Notes: generated from the sequence alone by a model not told the origin. A DNA stretch of 62,587 nt, filler included, from Platydemus manokwari (GCA_037951405.1; 5 parts of 5 records of this genome joined end to end with filler, not necessarily neighbours in it), one strand, 5' to 3'; counted from the whole stretch's first letter, positions 52,127 to 62,587 are shown. Numbers and translations are program-made.

Positions 52127-53402
52127 ATACTTAGAACAAGGAGTAATTTGATCTTGAATATCAAGATAAAGATTTTCCATTAGCTATTGACAAAGAGATA
52201 GTTGATTTCAGAATAATTAGTGAAAATTAAAAAGATAAGATTAAGAAAGAAAAGATTTTTTAATCTGATGACCGAATTTGTGTTCAATAAAAATGGATCT
52301 GAAAATAAAACCAATAAATCGGACATTATAATCGGACATTATTATATATTATTGTTTCCTTTTATGCCATAGTACATTAATATTGGTGTGTTCGACAATT
52401 CTCACAAATCACTTTGATCGTCTAGACTTATCATTAGAACTATTAATCCTTCTAATATTCTATGACTAATAACTAAGTAGGTTAATGAGCTCTTCTTTAG
52501 TTGTTATTTCATCCCTCATTTATTTGAACCGTCTCCTCAATTAAACCATGTTGCGCAGAGTTGTAATTCATTGTCCTTGCTGTAAGTTGATGATATTTGA
52601 ATAAATTAATTCTACTTTGTAGTTCAAAATATTCATTGCTATTGGAAAAACCCAACCTTTTACGGTTATACTAATGCCACATGGAAAACGAACTGGTCTA
52701 ATTAATTGTCATTTTCATTTATAAGTAGGATCTGTGATTTTCTATTTGGAGACAAATAATGTTAAACTTCCCCAATTTTTCTTTGAACTGCCATGGAATA
52801 TTGATTTGGAATTCTACTTGGTGCTATATTAAACTCTCATTGTCAATTTGACTTTTTCTCTTATATTCGCACAATATTTTGCAATTCTTCATACGCTTTC
52901 TCTTTTTGACCAGTTGGATATGGATTGTATCTTTTTCATTTTAATCCCCGTCTAATGATTCCGGTTCATAAAGTTTTCTATTCGATTGTACAAAATAAGA
53001 TCTTTCATCATGTTCATTACGGATATTTCTTTTTTCTGACTTGGTTCTTCAATAATCTTCCTTTTCCGCTGAATTTCCATGAATCACAACTATAATAAAC
53101 CAAATTCCCATTGATACTGATACCATATTTCAAATTTCTACAAATCTTCCTGACGTTCTATGAAAGAAAGCAAAAGATTTTTAATTAAAATAATCTGCTA
53201 CGATAGGTTTACAAAAATATGATGCTATGCGCATCCTCAAAACACACGGTCTATCATTTGTCTGACAAAAATTTCAGTCAAAACCACTTATGACTGCAGT
53301 TTTATTAAAAAAACTCATTGGCATGATTATTATTAATAATATCACATGTATTTGTGAATTATTTTAATAATCAGTGCTTCTCTTGGCTACTCTTTTCCTT
53401 TA

Positions 53403-53502
53403 NNNNNNNNNNNNNNNNNNNNNNNNNNNNNNNNNNNNNNNNNNNNTTAATTAATTAANNNNNNNNNNNNNNNNNNNNNNNNNNNNNNNNNNNNNNNNNN
53501 NN
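53403..53502. other. Artificial contig linker
   Basis: N44-TTAATTAATTAA-N44. Confidence 0.97.
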
Positions 53503-53579
53503 TATAAAGTCGAACAGTTCTAACTGATGACAGTCACTTTGCTAATACTTCGTTCTAGGTGTAGAGATCAGATGCCAAA
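53503..53579 (+). repeat. 77-nt terminal direct repeat, copy 1 (assembler overlap)
   Basis: Identical to 62511-62587. Confidence 0.97.
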
Positions 53580-55240
53580 ACGCCTGATCTAGAATTGACA
53601 ACATCCTAAAACAGCTCCAACAAAGAAATAGTTAACGAGACTTTCTCTTGAAGGAGAATACCAATATTACAATTGTAGCGGTAGACTTAAGATGTCGCTC
53701 CACACCAAGATTCAAAATAGATCTCGAGAAGTCAGTAGATATTGTGGGCATATGAAGGATTCCTATACACTTGTTGTTTCACCATGGTACATAAGTACTC
53801 GTCAATTACTATGTCAGTTAATTTGCTCATGGAGAATACCCAATGTTACTGAATGATTAAATTCACCCTTCCACCAATACATGTCTCTGTCCCACTTGTA
53901 TCCATGTATGCCCTTTGACTCCAAGTTCTCCTCTCGACTTTGACTCCTTGAAAAAATCCTCATGCGACCCAGCCTTGGTCTCTTAAATTACGCCTTCATC
54001 TCCCCAGCAAATCATCTTCATCTTTGGCCTTTACTTCTTTGATTAATGCGAAATCGATCACGACACACGTCATATAATTTGCCACTGCCTCAATTTGTAG
54101 ACACTGCTACCTTGCAATATGCAATCATTATAAAGGACTCTTCACTGAGCTCCAATCACCTGTAATATGCACTGTAACAATCCACTTGTTATGCATTATA
54201 CATCACCAGATTTCTGGTCACCATTTGTACTGGGCTAACACCTCCATCTAAACAGTAATTCTCACTGATTTTACTGCTCACCCATTTATAATCATTCTTG
54301 GCCAATAACAGTACATAGTCTTTACCCTATTGTCAGTGAATACATTATCTCTGTTGCAGACTGTGCTTTAACTTGACAGTAAACCAACTGAAACTATATA
54401 AACTGCACCCGGACGTCTTGAACAATTCCAAAATTTATTCTTGGAGAATACTTGTTAAATCTTCAATCAACTGATGCAATTACAAAACTCAACTATTAAT
54501 AATACAGTCATACACATAGGAACAGTCACATATTACTTACATCAAACATGATGTATGCTGGGTGTGTGTGGATGATATTACCATTGGTTTTAGCCTCCTA
54601 CTCAGAAGCTAGTGCACTCTACTGATCTCCCTGCTTGTCTGCTTATTACTCCAAATTTCTCATGTGCTATCTTTGTCAATGATACTGCATTCATCTCTAG
54701 TATCCAGCAATGCTCCAGACTTATATCCTCAGAAATCATATTGTAGTTCCAGGCCAAATTTTCCACAATTTCAGTCCACTCTGTAGCTCCTTCTATTTCA
54801 GCCTGATCCTAGGCCTTTTCTTCAAATAACTCCAATTTACTTTATTACAGTCTCCTGACTGTTTCGGCTCTGATAGCCTGCTCGAGTCGACGAATAATAG
54901 TCGAACTCCCCGACATTGAAATACTGGACTCCCGTCCAGTAACACACATATCCCACTGCACACATATACTCTGTGAAATCGCCCCCCAAAGTCCATGGCG
55001 TCCTGACTTTTAAAGGCTTTGTGGTCGTCTGCCACCCCGGGCTCGTATGACATTTCAAAGCCCAGCCAGAAAGACGCTAGCTGCATTTCCAGCTCTATGA
55101 TTGGTGCGGGGAGATTTCTTGGGCACGCGCTAATTAATATTCATGCGGCTTCTGCTAATTTGTTTTGCACGCACTAACCCGTGCTGAGAAGTGTGCATGT
55201 TTTCAGGTGTGTACCATTTCACTTTGTCTGAGTTATCACA
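53503..55240 (-). repeat. LTR 5' part (starts TGTGATAAC at 55240; may continue across the circular junction; 3' end unresolved)
   Basis: Follows the PPT by 1 nt. CCAAT 55104-55100, TTTAAAA 55014-55008, AATAAA 54846-54841. Confidence 0.6.
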
Positions 55241-55241
55241 A

Positions 55242-55255
55242 CCCCCCTCCTCCTC
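55242..55255 (-). other. Polypurine tract
   Basis: GAGGAGGAGGGGGG on the minus strand, immediately before T-TGTGATAAC. Confidence 0.85.
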
Positions 55256-56123
55256 GGGTTAGATTTTCAAAATCCGTGGATTTTGAAAATCTACCTGGAA
55301 TTGGTAGGTGTGAACATCAGACGTGAGTGAAACATATCAGCGCCATCATCATAATTGGCTTGAACCCATCAATTTCTGATGGCGCAACCAATACGCAGCA
55401 TATGTTCAAATAAGCAATACTAATCTGACTAGTAAATAAACAATATTCTCACCCATCAATTACATAGACATTTTAAATAAAACCTTGAATGGTACTTATA
55501 TATATAACATAGTTAAACATGTGATCATGATCATGGGAATATCAATCAATCATTTATAATATTACCAGCTTCACCACTTTTTGTTTTTTTCTGTGTGTCC
55601 AATTCAATCTAGTCATGCAACACTTATGTATAATGGTGGCTTATCCTCCACAGTATCTCTGCTACTTCTTCTTCACCACCAAAAGCAAAAGAATGTGTAA
55701 CACAGACAAAGTGATGTCTGCGAAATAGCCCACACAAAATTAGTATTTTTCCTGCAATAACATGCATACAATATACATTTTATCTTGCAATACCATATAT
55801 ATTATTATTCATCAATAATGTAAATTGTGTGTGTAGTGTTACATCAAATAAATTCAATACTGGACAATAGGAATTGTATCCTCTTGTTGACACTGGTTTG
55901 GGAGCTTCAGTTTCACTCTTAGGAACTGCAAAGGTTCACAATGCTGGACATGGTTTAGAGCACTGTAGAACCGGACTCCTCTACCAGATTGTTTGATAAA
56001 CCCTGAATATAAAAATAAGATCAAGGTTAGTAATCTGTGTTTTATCATACTTACCCATTTTTTTAATACTTGTTCTGTACAGACAAAAGTTTTAATCAGT
56101 ACATCTCATGAGATATGCAATTA

Positions 56124-59100
56124 TTAATTTCTGGATAAGATATCTGCTAGAATATTTTGATGACCCGGAATGGCCCGGACAGAGTATTTATACTCCTGAA
56201 GAGTCAAGAGCCACTTCATGATTCTAGCGTTAGCTATCACTTTTGTCTTGAGATACATAATAGGTTTATGATCTACCAAGATTTCAAATTCTCTACCTAA
56301 GAGAAATCTATGGAATTTATGTATTCCACTAACAAGAGCAAGGACCTCTCTTTCTATACAGCTGTACTTGGTTTCAGCTGGAGATAACTTCCGAGAGCCA
56401 TAAAGAACAGGAAAGAGTACTCCCTGATGTTCCTGCTGTAAGACATATCCTAGAGCAGTTGATGATGCGTCTGTAGATAAGACGAAAGAATTTGTCATAT
56501 TTGGTGCTCGAAGGATAGGAGGTGATGAAAAGATTTCCTTTATCCTTTTGAGTACCTTATCATGAACTGAGGTCCACCCAATTTTCCTGCCAGAGTTGAG
56601 TTTCAGTAATTCTGACAGTGGAGAAATAAGATTAGAAAAATTCTCAATGAAATGATTATAGAAATTAATCAAGCCGATTATCTGGCGTATTTGTCTTCTT
56701 GTATGTGGTTGCTTTATTTGCAAAATTTTTGCAACATTGTTAGCTTCAGGTTTGATGATACCATGACCTATGACATGTCCCAAAAAAGTAAGTTCAGAAA
56801 ATGCAACCTCAACCTTTGATGGACGCGCCGTCAGTCCACTTTGTTGCAGAATCTGTAGAACCTCGTCCAAGTTACTGACGTGTTCCGAAAAAGACTTATC
56901 AAAAAGCAGAATATCGTCATAATAATGAACAATATTTTTCTGACCTTTAAATAGCTTCCTCATAAGCCTGACAAATGTAATGGGAGAATTTGAAAGTCCA
57001 AAAGGAAGACGCAAGAAGTGATATAAATTATCAGTGGTAGCAAATGCTGTAAGTCTTCTTGAGTCTGGGTGTAATGGGACCTGGTAGTACCCCTTGGTCA
57101 GGTCCAGTTTGGTGAAAATGCATGCCTCTGACAACTGAGTCAGAAGTTCTTGAGCATTAGGCATAGGATATTTATCCGCCTTTGTGATTGCATTTAGCTT
57201 CCTAAAGTCAATGCACAGGCGTAATGAGTCATCCTTCTTTCTGACTACCACCAGCTGAGAGCAGAATTCCGCATCAGACTCTTCAATGATGCCCATTTGT
57301 AACATTTCTTTAATTTCTTGATCCACACCCTGTCTAAAATGGAATGGGATAGGATATAGTTTTTGTCTGCTAGGCAGGTCTGCAGTCAAGACAATTTTAT
57401 GTTCAATTTGTGAAGTCTTGCCTGGTATGTCAGAAAACACATCTTTGTATTTAAAAAGGATTTTCTTTATCACATCCTGTTGATATGTGTCAAGTTGAGG
57501 GGATATTTTAACCTGATTAAAATCCTCTTTTTGTTTGAGTGTTGGAAACACCATGGTAGTTATACCATCACTGTCACTGTCATCTGCAGAGGTAATAACT
57601 GCAGTATTTGATACAGGATGTTCATTTTGTACATTCTGTTCAACCTCAGTCCAATCTGACTGTCTGTCAAAAAACTGTTTAAGCATATTTATATGAATAA
57701 TTTTATCTTTATTACCAATGTTGATGACATAGTCAACTTTTGAGATCCTCTTCTTAACCACATATGGTCCTTTCCAGGACAGCATTATTTTATTTTCTTT
57801 TTCTGGGAGCAAAACTAGAACTTTGTCCCCAGCTTTGAGCTCTCTTAATTTTGTTTTAACATTTGCATAAGCTCTTTGTTTTTGTCCTGCTTCAACTAGT
57901 GCATCAGATGCCAGTTGACAGGATTTTATTATTCTTTCTCTTAAATCAATGACATATGAGTATGCATCTTGATTAATAGATTCATTTTTTTGTTTGGTGA
58001 TCATCTCGCCATATAGGCTTAATGGCCCACAAGGATTTCCCCCAAACATGAGTTCGAAAGGAGAGAACCCTGTACTCTGATGTGAAACCTCTCTTAACGC
58101 AAAAAGCGCAGGTTGTAAATAAAGATCCCATCTTGTTGGGAAATCATCTGTTATTTTGCCCAATAGTGTTTTGAGCACCCCGTTCAGTTTCTCGCACAAG
58201 CCGTTTGCTGAAGCATGGTAAATTGAGCAAAAATGTTGCCTAATGCCTAACATTTCCGCCACCTGCTTCGTGACTTGTGACACAAACTGAGGTCCGTTGT
58301 CGGACATAATGGCTTCTGGGAATCCAAATCTTGCGAAAAGCTCCAAAAGAGCCTCGCATATAGATTCAGCGTCTATTTTTGCCAAGGCCGTAGCCTCAGG
58401 CCATCGAGTAGCGAAGTCTATAAGGGTTAAAATGTATTTGTTTCCCCTCTCTGAGGTCACCGGGAGGGGACCTATCAAATCAATTGATACCCTTTTAAAT
58501 GGCGTTGCTGTAATATATCCAGATTGTACTGGTGCACAGGATACACTACCTTTCTTTACCATTTTCTGGCAAATATGGCATGTCTGTATGTACTTTCTAA
58601 TATCACTGGTCATGCCTGGCCAATAGAAATTTCTTTTTACTCTGTCTGTAGTTTTCTTTATCCCTAGGTGTGCCGATAGAGGGATGTCATGTGCTAACCT
58701 TAGCACTTGAAGTCGATGCGACTTAGGTAATACAATTTGCTTGTATGTAGCTCTTGTGTTTGTAAATATTCTGTAACAAATGTTTTTATTCATTTTAAAA
58801 TGAACGGTACCATTTTTGCAAGTTTTCACCCCTTCTCTGACTTTTTTAAAACAAATTTTCAAGGTGGGGTCTTGCAATTGTTCATCTGAAAATGAGAGTG
58901 AATCTTCAATAGCTTCTGCTTGTGTGTCACTCATGATCTGAGAACTGTCATGATTTTCATCAATAATGTCCCCCAAAGGATTTACAATCTCCTGTTGCTG
59001 AACATTGAAATTAGCATTTTGATCACCAATAACATTGGTGGTCAACTGCTTTTCATTCTGAACAGATTCCTCTGTTTTCTTTGCCTCTTTTCTTTTTGCA

Positions 59101-61106
59101 CCTCTGGTAGTGACAACATGCGCCTGATTCTGCTCAGGTGTCACAAACCCATATTGTTCATCCCACTTTCTGATATCTTCATCAGAGGGATTCTTGATTT
59201 TTGGCAAATTACCAATGACAAGCCCACACAGTGTCGAGGGTAAAACCAAAGCTTGGAAGATACCTTCCAAAAATGGCGTTTTTACATCAATTGTTGCAAA
59301 ATTAAATTCACTTAGTTCACCTCCAAATGTAATACATTGGACCTTATCTGTTGAAATTTGATCTTCTCTCAAAAGATCCCTACTGACCCCCAATATTGAC
59401 GCACCTGAATCACGTAAAATGCGAACGGGAGTATTATTTACTAGCCCATTGTGAAAGTATAATTTACCCCTGCTCTCTTCCTGTAACATTACTAGATTCA
59501 TAGATTCACCACATCTTAATGACACTTTTTGAGAGTGTTGTATTGAACCATCTGATTTCTTGTATTGAAGTTTCTCTTCACTCTTTGATTCATCTTTTGA
59601 AGACTGTTTTATTTCACTATTTCTAGAGCAGCTTTCTTTCTCATTGCTCGCTAAACTGTATGGGTTACACTCAACTTTGAAATGTTTCCCCTGGCCTTGA
59701 TATGTATATTGTTCCTTTGCCTGAGCATATTGCTCCTGTGAGTCATGTTCCCAATGCATCACAAAATTAGCATTCACTGTCTGCGCTGATCTTTGATTTA
59801 CCTGTGTATGATTTGGCTCTGCGTTATTTGCGAAATTTCCACCTCTCCCAAAATTTTGTTGCTGTTGATAACCAGTATATCTCTGATTCCAACTGCCACC
59901 ATATCTGTGAGGTTTATAAAACAAACCTTCAGAATTAAACCTTCTGTTGCCAGAATTGACATTGAAATTTCTTCTCTCATTCCACGTTCTGTCATTTTGA
60001 CCTCTGTATCCCTGTTTTTGTTGAAATTTGTTTCTTTGAAATGATTTGTTGAAATTGTTGTAGGGTGCCTTATATCCAACACTTCTGTAGCCATCTTGAG
60101 CTTTATTTTTATTTTGGTTGATACTCTTGTTGACAGGCTTTGACTTGTTGTCAGCTAGTCTAGCTGAGAAAGCAGTGTTCTTATTTAGTTCTGTTGTCTT
60201 GACCTTACCTAGTGGAATATAAGGTTTAGCTTCGCAGAAATCTGTAGCCAAGGTTACCAATGACTTCAAGTCCTTCGGCTTGTTTTGGATGATGTGGCTA
60301 TAGATTTTATGGTCCACAGTATCCAGTATTTTACTAATCAACACCTGTTGTCTAAGCGATTCATAATCTGAATTTATCTGCGTAGCCGTGATCCATTTGT
60401 TAAATAGCCTTTCCAGGTTGGAGACATACTCCAGAAATGTCTGTCTACCTGTGGGTACACAGTCCACAAATCGTTTCCTGTGACCTTCCCTTGTGACGTT
60501 ATACCTAGTATAGAGTGCCTGTTTAACAAGAATGTAATCTTGTCTATCTTCATTGCTCAGAGCACACACCACCTTAAGTGCCTCTCCAGTAAGAAACTCT
60601 GTAAGTTTTGTAGCATAGAATTTCTTATCAAGTCCATTCATTTCACAAATAATTTCATAGCGAAACAGAAAATCCTCAATCTCATCACCTTCTTTGTATA
60701 AGGGTAACCTGATTCTATTACTTGCTGAAAGGTGTGATTGACTTTGATTATCATGATGAGCTCCTGCATCACCACTTGATCTTTCAGTTACATTTTGTTG
60801 TTGTAATTTGAGCTGTTCAAATTGAAGTTGCAATTCCAATTTTTTTAACTCAACTTCAGCTCTAGATTGCTCTGCTTGTATTCTTTGCTTCTCCAACTCA
60901 CATTGTAACTCCTTTTCCTTTCTTTCTTTCTCCATTCTATGTTTTTCCATCTCCCATTGTAATTCTTTTTCATTTTTTTCTTTCTCCATTCTCTGACATC
61001 TTTCCTTCTCTGCACTGTCCATTTCTGTTGCCCACTTTGTTAGGTCATCTCCGGATTTTCCCAGAGCTGCACCAGACTTCACCCAAGCTTCAAATGCTTT
61101 AGCCAT
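56124..61106 (-). CDS. Gag-Pol polyprotein, 1660 aa: coiled coil, capsid/SCAN-like, low-complexity region, protease, integrase, RT, RNase H
   Basis: PR LRDSGAS. INT H..H...C..C, IDLIGPLP, SDNGPQF, NGLCE and WKGPY. RT LCIDFRKLN, LDLTKGYYQV and YYDD. RH TDASS, EREVLA, VDHKP and LADILSR. Confidence 0.97.
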   Translation of the reverse strand: MAKAFEAWVKSGAALGKSGDDLTKWATEMDSAEKERCQRMEKEKNEKELQWEMEKHRMEKERKEKELQCELEKQRIQAEQSRAEVELKKLELQLQFEQLKLQQQNVTERSSGDAGAHHDNQSQSHLSASNRIRLPLYKEGDEIEDFLFRYEIICEMNGLDKKFYATKLTEFLTGEALKVVCALSNEDRQDYILVKQALYTRYNVTREGHRKRFVDCVPTGRQTFLEYVSNLERLFNKWITATQINSDYESLRQQVLISKILDTVDHKIYSHIIQNKPKDLKSLVTLATDFCEAKPYIPLGKVKTTELNKNTAFSARLADNKSKPVNKSINQNKNKAQDGYRSVGYKAPYNNFNKSFQRNKFQQKQGYRGQNDRTWNERRNFNVNSGNRRFNSEGLFYKPHRYGGSWNQRYTGYQQQQNFGRGGNFANNAEPNHTQVNQRSAQTVNANFVMHWEHDSQEQYAQAKEQYTYQGQGKHFKVECNPYSLASNEKESCSRNSEIKQSSKDESKSEEKLQYKKSDGSIQHSQKVSLRCGESMNLVMLQEESRGKLYFHNGLVNNTPVRILRDSGASILGVSRDLLREDQISTDKVQCITFGGELSEFNFATIDVKTPFLEGIFQALVLPSTLCGLVIGNLPKIKNPSDEDIRKWDEQYGFVTPEQNQAHVVTTRGAKRKEAKKTEESVQNEKQLTTNVIGDQNANFNVQQQEIVNPLGDIIDENHDSSQIMSDTQAEAIEDSLSFSDEQLQDPTLKICFKKVREGVKTCKNGTVHFKMNKNICYRIFTNTRATYKQIVLPKSHRLQVLRLAHDIPLSAHLGIKKTTDRVKRNFYWPGMTSDIRKYIQTCHICQKMVKKGSVSCAPVQSGYITATPFKRVSIDLIGPLPVTSERGNKYILTLIDFATRWPEATALAKIDAESICEALLELFARFGFPEAIMSDNGPQFVSQVTKQVAEMLGIRQHFCSIYHASANGLCEKLNGVLKTLLGKITDDFPTRWDLYLQPALFALREVSHQSTGFSPFELMFGGNPCGPLSLYGEMITKQKNESINQDAYSYVIDLRERIIKSCQLASDALVEAGQKQRAYANVKTKLRELKAGDKVLVLLPEKENKIMLSWKGPYVVKKRISKVDYVINIGNKDKIIHINMLKQFFDRQSDWTEVEQNVQNEHPVSNTAVITSADDSDSDGITTMVFPTLKQKEDFNQVKISPQLDTYQQDVIKKILFKYKDVFSDIPGKTSQIEHKIVLTADLPSRQKLYPIPFHFRQGVDQEIKEMLQMGIIEESDAEFCSQLVVVRKKDDSLRLCIDFRKLNAITKADKYPMPNAQELLTQLSEACIFTKLDLTKGYYQVPLHPDSRRLTAFATTDNLYHFLRLPFGLSNSPITFVRLMRKLFKGQKNIVHYYDDILLFDKSFSEHVSNLDEVLQILQQSGLTARPSKVEVAFSELTFLGHVIGHGIIKPEANNVAKILQIKQPHTRRQIRQIIGLINFYNHFIENFSNLISPLSELLKLNSGRKIGWTSVHDKVLKRIKEIFSSPPILRAPNMTNSFVLSTDASSTALGYVLQQEHQGVLFPVLYGSRKLSPAETKYSCIEREVLALVSGIHKFHRFLLGREFEILVDHKPIMYLKTKVIANARIMKWLLTLQEYKYSVRAIPGHQNILADILSRN

Positions 61107-62510
61107 TGTATAGCTAAATATGTGGATCCGACAACAATGTCACCCTTTAATAATCAATATCTTTATATATCAACAATACTCTTCTCCTTTACTGCTCCAA
61201 TAGTTTATCACTTCTCTATCAATGCTCCTCTTTATATCCTAGTATCTCCTCTTGTATGAACCTGTAACCTGTAAAAATTGCAATACAACTTATACAATCA
61301 CCAAAAGTGTACAATTTTTATGAGCAAAATGCTCCAAAAAACAATAGTTAACAGCACAATACATATCTTATCATTTGTCCATGTGGAGATGTTTCAATCC
61401 ATCCAACGTAGGAGAGCATAGGATCCAGTCCAGAAAGAAGAGGTTGGCCCCTGGTAGCAAGCAACTCCCTGGTATTCAGTAAGTGGCGTGATTTTCTTCT
61501 TGAAAGTACAGCACCATTAAGGAAAGCATGTTGTAAGCTCCAACAAACAAAGTATTTTTGAAACACCAGCTGCCTGAAAATAAAGTTAAAACAGCTGACT
61601 TGTCTGTTTTTCACCCGCTATCGTATGATGTCTGAATGAGCCAACGGCAAGTACCTCAAGGACGAAAAGGCAGATATTGGAGACCACGAAAAGAAGGAAG
61701 GTTGATCCGAGCCGCACACGTAATAACTGTTTTCCCTGTTACTTGTGAATTCCACCTATTAATGAGCTTCCTTTATAAGTTCGTACGATTATCCAACCCA
61801 GAATTGTGAAAAATTCAGTTATATTCCTTAACTGTGAAGATAATGAAATTCCTTCCACCTACTTGTAAGTGTTCCATCAACGCTACACATTTGTTGACAT
61901 CCACCGGTGTGTTGCCAGAAATAGTCTCTCAGTATTCCACAAATAGAGATGACGTAATGTCGCTGTTATAAAAATTTATAACATCGTCGGAATTTGAAAA
62001 AGGGTCGCCAGTTGTAATGTTCCTTTTCTGGCTAGTCGCCAGTTGTAAAGTTTAGTTGTTATGGCCTCTTTGTCTGCTGCTTGTTGTTGCTTCACAAAGC
62101 CCCAGTTGTTAAAATGTGAATTGTCTATGTAATAAACAATGCAGTCTGTTCATTTGCCTACTTGGTGTTAGTAGATGTTTATCATTTGATCCGTGGCATG
62201 GACTAGCAAAACAATGTCCACCAAGCAGCTTAAGATCATACCCAACTCTAAATAAGGAGGATGATGATGATCAGTAGGCTCCAAGTGCGAGCCTAAACTA
62301 AAGGTTAATGATAACCGATGCAGATATATACTGTAGGAGACCTGAGACCAATGTGTTTGTTTATCGATCGAAATGCCCTTCTATAAGACGGGCCTTAACA
62401 CTAATTTTCCTCATCATACTAGCTGCTCCGAACTTCTTGAAAAACAAAGTTCCACTTGTAGGAAAATAATGTTAGAAGGGTCGCCAACTATCTAGCTGGT
62501 GACTAGAAGA

Positions 62511-62587
62511 TATAAAGTCGAACAGTTCTAACTGATGACAGTCACTTTGCTAATACTTCGTTCTAGGTGTAGAGATCAGATGCCAAA
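62511..62587 (+). repeat. 77-nt terminal direct repeat, copy 2
   Basis: Identical to 53503-53579. Confidence 0.97.

Larger units (their letters stand above)
53503..62587 (-). mobile_element. Complete Gmr1-type Ty3/gypsy LTR retrotransposon assembled as a 9008-bp one-LTR circle
   Basis: Intact gag-pol, PPT followed by TG at the LTR start (55240), and identical 77-mers at both contig ends. Confidence 0.9.

Noticed and set aside
52520-53170. Possible Polinton capsid remnant (YSKDNELQLCATWF)
   Set aside because: Single weak patch in a heavily disrupted region.
53524-53560. CTGATGA hammerhead core (also CTGAATGAG at ~61632)
   Set aside because: No stem II closed by GAAA at the required position.
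53503-53579. Terminal 77-mers as the element's two LTRs
   Set aside because: No TG...CA ends and not adjacent to the PPT; better explained as an assembly overlap.
54793-55086. Two overlapping short ORFs in the LTR
   Set aside because: They start upstream of the putative TATA box and have no recognisable domain.
58297-60701. Antisense and alternative-frame ORFs within gag-pol
   Set aside because: Shadow ORFs of the long coding frame.

Overview
Eukaryotic, very AT-rich DNA. The window is not a contiguous locus. It holds five contigs (1-15605, 15706-29817, 29918-42166, 42267-53402, 53503-62587) in descending size order, joined by artificial 100-nt N44-TTAATTAATTAA-N44 linkers. Contigs 1-4 carry spliced animal genes with mostly short (38-90 nt) GT-AG introns: a NUDT8-like Nudix hydrolase, POLR3F/RPC6, a shep/RBMS-like two-RRM protein of flatworm-like type, a partial tandem C2-like protein and a PAIP2-like PAM2 protein. 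They also carry decayed Ty3/gypsy, mariner, piggyBac and Tigger remnants. Contig 1 contains a co-oriented cluster of homologous TATA-driven, spliced, apparently non-coding units with conserved RNA hairpins. Contig 5 is visibly more GC-rich and closes on itself (exact 77-nt terminal repeat, 9008-bp circle). It is an intact Gmr1-type Ty3/gypsy retrotransposon (PR-INT-RT-RH order) whose Gag has a prion-like region in place of a zinc knuckle. All family assignments come from motif recognition by eye, with no database searches.
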